From Eledone cirrhosa (taxonomy: Eukaryota): a stretch of DNA of 64,000 bases. The notes beneath the pieces are model-generated. The model ran no database searches and was not told the origin of the DNA. It saw nothing but the letters and a program-made list of their open reading frames with translations. The translations under genes and the position numbers were made by a program. The stretch lies in the NCBI GenBank assembly GCA_964016885.1, contig OZ024751.1, positions 42,098,001 to 42,162,000 on the forward strand. The letters run 5' to 3'. This document shows, one piece after another, positions 59,320 to 64,000 of this stretch (within the stretch, counting starts at the first letter, position 1; each line of letters opens with the position of its first letter).

Positions 59320-59462
59320 GGAAAGAGGACCAAGTCCAGTGTTTTCATTGTTCACTGGTTGCTGGTAGATGGGCCCCTAACGATGATGTCAATATTGAAC
59401 ATTGTCGATTGAGCAAAGATTGTGTTTATATGAAACTACTGATGGGTCCTGAATACGTTCAG
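59320..59462 (+). CDS. IAP exon completing the second BIR domain
   Basis: TTTTTTAG acceptor; G+GG restores Gly, then KEDQVQCFHC...W...DDVNIEH...SKDC; donor CAG|GTAAGT. Confidence 0.93.
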
Positions 59463-59878
59463 GTAAGTGTTACAGATTTTAAATATCCTATCTGGAGGCC
59501 TTCTCACTTCTGTTGGAGTAACCCGTCCCTGGGTGACCTCCACTGCTCTCTGTTTGGTTTTGGTCATGTCTTCAGGGGTGTTACCACGCTTACCCCATTG
59601 TGGGTTAGTGAGGCAATTTAACCCAGAGTTGTGGTGGATGATACTTGTTGACTCTGAGGGGTTCATCTGCTCTTTTTTAACAACTCTTATTTTTTGTGCT
59701 GCTGGGGTTCCACTTTCCTCATCAGACCAGGATCTGGTGGGGAAGCCAGTTTAGTCGCCGACCATAGACCATCAAGCAGGTTATACTGGGTTACATGGTA
59801 CCAAAAGCAGGCAGAAGGTTGACCTGACCATAATTTCAAATATATACCCTCTCAAGTATATACCCTCTCAAGTATATA

Positions 59879-62800
59879 CATCATCATCATCATCATCACC
59901 GTTTTACGTCCGTTCTTCCACGCTAGCATGGGTTAGACGGGTTGTCCTGTTGTGGGCAGTGTCTGGTTGGCTGACCATGCCTTGCTCATACAGGAACTGA
60001 TTTGGCTTGATTTCTACAGCTGGATGCCCTTCCTAACACCAACTTCATTTACAGTGAGCGCTGGGTGCTTTTTCGTGGCGCCTGCACGTCCACTTTACAG
60101 TGTGGGCTGGGTGCTTTTTTGCCGTGGCACCTCCACGACCACCTTGCAGTGGGAGGGTGTGGGGGCATATTGTCTATATGCTTCAGTTTGTACCCATGGG
60201 AGGTCGGGTACTCTGTATTACTGCGTGACGCCAGAGGTCACGGTCGTGTGTCATTGCCTTTGAGAGGTGAATTGGGTAAGGTCGGCTTTTATCACCTCAT
60301 CCCAGGTCATCTTGGGTCTCCCCACTCCGCGGTTTCCATCAACTTCTAGTGCTCTGCACCTTTTTATGCAGCTGTCATCCTTCATACGCATCACATGTCC
60401 ATACAAATCAACCGCCTCTCCTGCACACAGCATTTGATTCCTCTTATGCTCAGTCTCTCTCTCAATTCATTTATGCTTTGTCGTTCGCGTATATTACTAT
60501 TACACATCCATCGGAGCATGCGGGCTTCATTTCTCTCTAATCTACGTAAATCTTCCACCTTCAGCGCCCAGGTCTCACTACCATGCAACATCGCTGTTCG
60601 GATACACGCATCATACAGTCTGCCTTTCATTTTGAGGGAGAAGCCTTTTGCAGCTAGCAGTGGTAGTAGTTCCCTGAACTTCTTCCATCCCGTTCTTACC
60701 CTAGTTATTGTACTTTCTGAACGCCCACCTCCGCTGCTAATTCGGTCACCTAGGTAGCAGAAGCTGTCTACTGTCTCTACAAGCCCTCCCAGAGATTGGT
60801 GGTACTTGTTTCCTGTGGCTGTTTGCTGCTTGCTGTCCCAGTACAGCTGCTGCATGTGAAGCCTACATTCTTAATTAAGCTTCCTGAGATCCCGCTACAT
60901 CTCTTGTGTACCCATTGTTTGCATTTGGGGCAGAGAATGGAGTTCCTACCTACACCTTTCCTACATACTGAGCAAGGCCATTTCCCTGAGGGGATCTGGG
61001 TTCTGTTTTCTCGTCTACTTACAAGGACCTTAGTCTTTGTCATGTTGACTTTGAGACCCTTTCTTTCTAGTCCCTGCTTCCAAGTTTGGAATTTCTTCTC
61101 TAGTTCTACCATAGATTCAGCTATAAGTGCGAGGTCATCAGCATACAGGAGTTCCCATGGGCATCTGGTCTTAAACTCCTCCGTTATTGCCTGCAGGACT
61201 ATGATGAACAGGAGAGGGCTAAGAACAGAGCCCTGGTGGACCCCAATCTGTAAGCTAAATTCCTCGCTATATTCATTGCTAATCCTAACTTTGCTGACTG
61301 CTCCCCTATACATGGCTTGTACAGCTTTCACAAGCCATTCATCTACTCCTAGTTTTCTAAGAGCCCACCAGATTACAGCACGTGGAACTCTGTCAAAGGC
61401 TTTCTCGAGATCGACGAATGCCAGGTAGAGTGGCTTACTTTTAGCTAGGTACTTTTCTTGTAACTGCCTCACAAGGAAGAGGGCATCAGTGGTGCCTCTT
61501 CCTGGTACAAACCCAAATTGCATCTCATCTAGTTTCACCCGGTCCCTAATCAACTGTGCTATAACTCTTTCTGTTACTTTCATGACCTGATCCATCAGCT
61601 TTATACCTCTATAGTTTCCTCTATCGAGTGCATCACCTTTACCTTTGTAGCAGTTGACAATGATGCTACTGCACCAATCTTTTGGTATGACACCTTCTAG
61701 TATTACCTGGTTAACAGTACGTGTGGTTATAGTGTGACCTACAGACCCAGATGCCTTCAGCATCTCGGCAGCTATACCCGATGGACCGGTTGCCTTCCCC
61801 ATTTTCATATCTTTGATTGCCTTACTTACTACGCTGCTGCTGACTTGTACTGCTGGCCCCTCTATAGGGTCTACTTGGGGTAGCGTCTCTTCTTCCCATG
61901 CATTCTCCTCATTTAGTAATCTATCATAATGACTCTTCCATGCATCTTTCTTCTCAGCACTTGTGAGGGCAAGCTCACCTTTATCATTCCGGATACACTT
62001 CTCTCCAATGACATCACAACTATCTCTGACACACTGCCTCGCAATCTTGAACACCTCCTGTTTCTGGTCCTCACGTTGCAAAACATGCTTGAATTTTCTA
62101 TCCTCCGCTTCCCTCCTAGCTAAGTATACTTGTCGCCTAGCTTCCCTCTTGGTCTCTATGTAATGTACCCTGCTCCCCCCGTTCTTCCATTCTTTCCATG
62201 CCTGTCTCTTGGCCTTAACTGCCTCATCTACCTTATTGTTCCACCACCAAGTCACTCTCCTCCTGCTGTGGTCTTACTCCAGCCACAGACCTCATCTGTC
62301 GCCTCTAGTAAGTTATTTTTTAGGAACTCCCAGTGCTCTTCTACATTCAATGTCTCTATCTGTTCTTCTTTACTGTCGTAGGCGTTGAGTAAAATATCTT
62401 AAATCTGTTACTGGCTGAGGGGTCTTTCAGCTTCCAGATCTTTCTTCTCCAGGTTGGCCTCTGTTTCCAGGTTTGTCTAGTTCTGACTGTGAGGTCGCTG
62501 ACAACTAAGCTATGTTGGGAGGTACATTCCTCACTAGGGAAGGCTTTTGTGTTTACGACTGTCCATCTGTCACGTCCTCTGATGAGGATAAAATCTATCT
62601 GACTAGAATGCCCCCCCCCCCCCCCCCCCCCCCATATCTATAGGTGATCAGGTGGTTGTCGGGTTTTTTGAAGTTTGTGTTACATATCGACATGTCATTG
62701 GCGTCGCAGAATTCTAGAAGTCTGAATCCTTCTTCATTTCTTGTGCCAACCCCATGGCCTCCATGGACTCTATTGAAGCCGTCACAGTGTTTACCTACGT

Positions 62801-63400
62801 GTCCGTTAAAATCTCCTGCGATGATTAGGAAGTCATTGTCGTTTGTTAGAGCAGTAGTGTGCATTAGGGACTCGTAAAATCTATCCTTAAGTTCGTCTGG
62901 CAAACCCGATTGGGGTGCGTAAGCTGATATTGTGGTAATTGTTTTATTCAGGACTAGTCTGAGTTTAATGATTCTTGCATTTACCCTGTACACTGAGATT
63001 ACTTTATCTACCCACTTGTCAGCTAGTAGTATACCTACACCACCCATCCCATCGTCATTTCCCACCCAGAAAAATTTGTAGCACCGACTTTTTCCTACAA
63101 GGACTCTAGCAGACTCTCCTCTCCATCTAGTCTCTTGCACACAGCATACGTTAATTTCCTTTCGCTCTAGCATTTCTACGATTTCTCCTGCTCTTCCTTT
63201 CATTGTGCTTACATTGATGATACCAACTCGGAGTTTTGGGCATTTCTCATAGGGAAGGGTCGATTTTTGCAGGAGTGTGTGTGTGCTTCCTCTCTCTGGA
63301 TTGGCGCTTCACATGGGTGCTTGGTAGCTCGCGGATTCATATTCATTTCATCTATTAATTCAGAGTTGCTCCAATTTATTCTCAGCTCATCCATCCATAA
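59879..63400 (-). mobile_element. RTE-clade LINE, near full length, frameshifted; probably in an IAP intron, antisense
   Basis: APE domain (VQETRW, SAYAPQ, IAGDFNGHVG), RT (NYRGIKL, QFGF, FVDLEKAFD, HQGSVLSP, YADD), PHD-like finger, GRPKMTW C-terminus, (TGA)n tail at ~59879-59898. Confidence 0.92.
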
Positions 63401-63827
63401 CGGTAGGAAAATTCAGGGCTAGAAGAACAGTGGTGGTGGTGGTGGTAATAATGGCAGGGTGTGTTGGGCTGGGACGGGGGAGGAGAGAGTTAGGTAGTAG
63501 TAGTAGTAGTAGTATAAGAAATGGCATGCTGAGGTTTGATTGGTCGAATAGGCTATGGTGGTTTGAATGGGTTGGTGGGAGGGAAATTGTGAGGTAGAGA
63601 GAGGGTCGCCGTCAAGGCTAACAAACTAACTGATAGAATACAGCATGGCAAAGTAGCCGATAGAATACAGCAACAATAATATTAATAATAATAATAGCCA
63701 GTCATGGCCTGTCGCCTTTGATGGAAAAATAGACAGAGACAGAGTCAGCATGGTAGGGGAAAATGAGGATAACAAAATAGATGTGTTGTGGTGGCTGAAA
63801 TACCTGGCCAGATTTGTTATTTGTTAT

Positions 63828-64000
63828 ATTAAATAATTTGTTATCACATTAAAATACAACCACAAACATCTATTAAATAATTCGTTATCACATTAAAATA
63901 CAGCCACAAACATCTATTAAATAATTTGATATCACATTAAAATACAACCACAAACATCTAATAAATAATTCGTTATCACATTAAAATACAGCCACAAACA
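63828..64000. repeat. 44-bp tandem repeat running off the window edge
   Basis: Unit ATCTATTAAATAATTCGTTATCACATTAAAATACAGCCACAAAC. Confidence 0.9.

Overview
AT-rich, intron-containing animal genomic DNA. The SINE repertoire and microsatellite load suggest a cephalopod such as octopus, which is an inference. Host genes are sparse: a candidate 36-nt micro-exon (5839-5874) plus a terminal coding exon (31710-31895) of an unidentified + strand gene, an intact tRNA-Pro(TGG) (46105-46176), and two spliced BIR-domain exons of an inhibitor-of-apoptosis gene (56659-57067, 59320-59462). The rest is mostly repeats: a 5'-truncated CR1-like LINE with an open RT frame, a degenerate Ty3/Gypsy LTR element flanked by an anomalous ~87-bp direct duplication, a near-full-length RTE LINE with a PHD-like finger, fragments of an RLE-type retroelement, two tRNA-derived SINE families, TTAA (piggyBac-like) and hAT MITEs, and many mini/microsatellites. 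The most striking unexplained signal is a set of short, non-coding, usually fold-back elements lodged in (TA)n microsatellites. Several carry type-I hammerhead ribozyme cores (CUGANGA...GAAA...NUH) whose stem III is a different palindrome in each family. This matches Penelope-like pLTR/retrozyme biology and suggests a multi-family, TA-targeted ribozyme retroelement system. All calls were made by eye; no folding or database searches were run.
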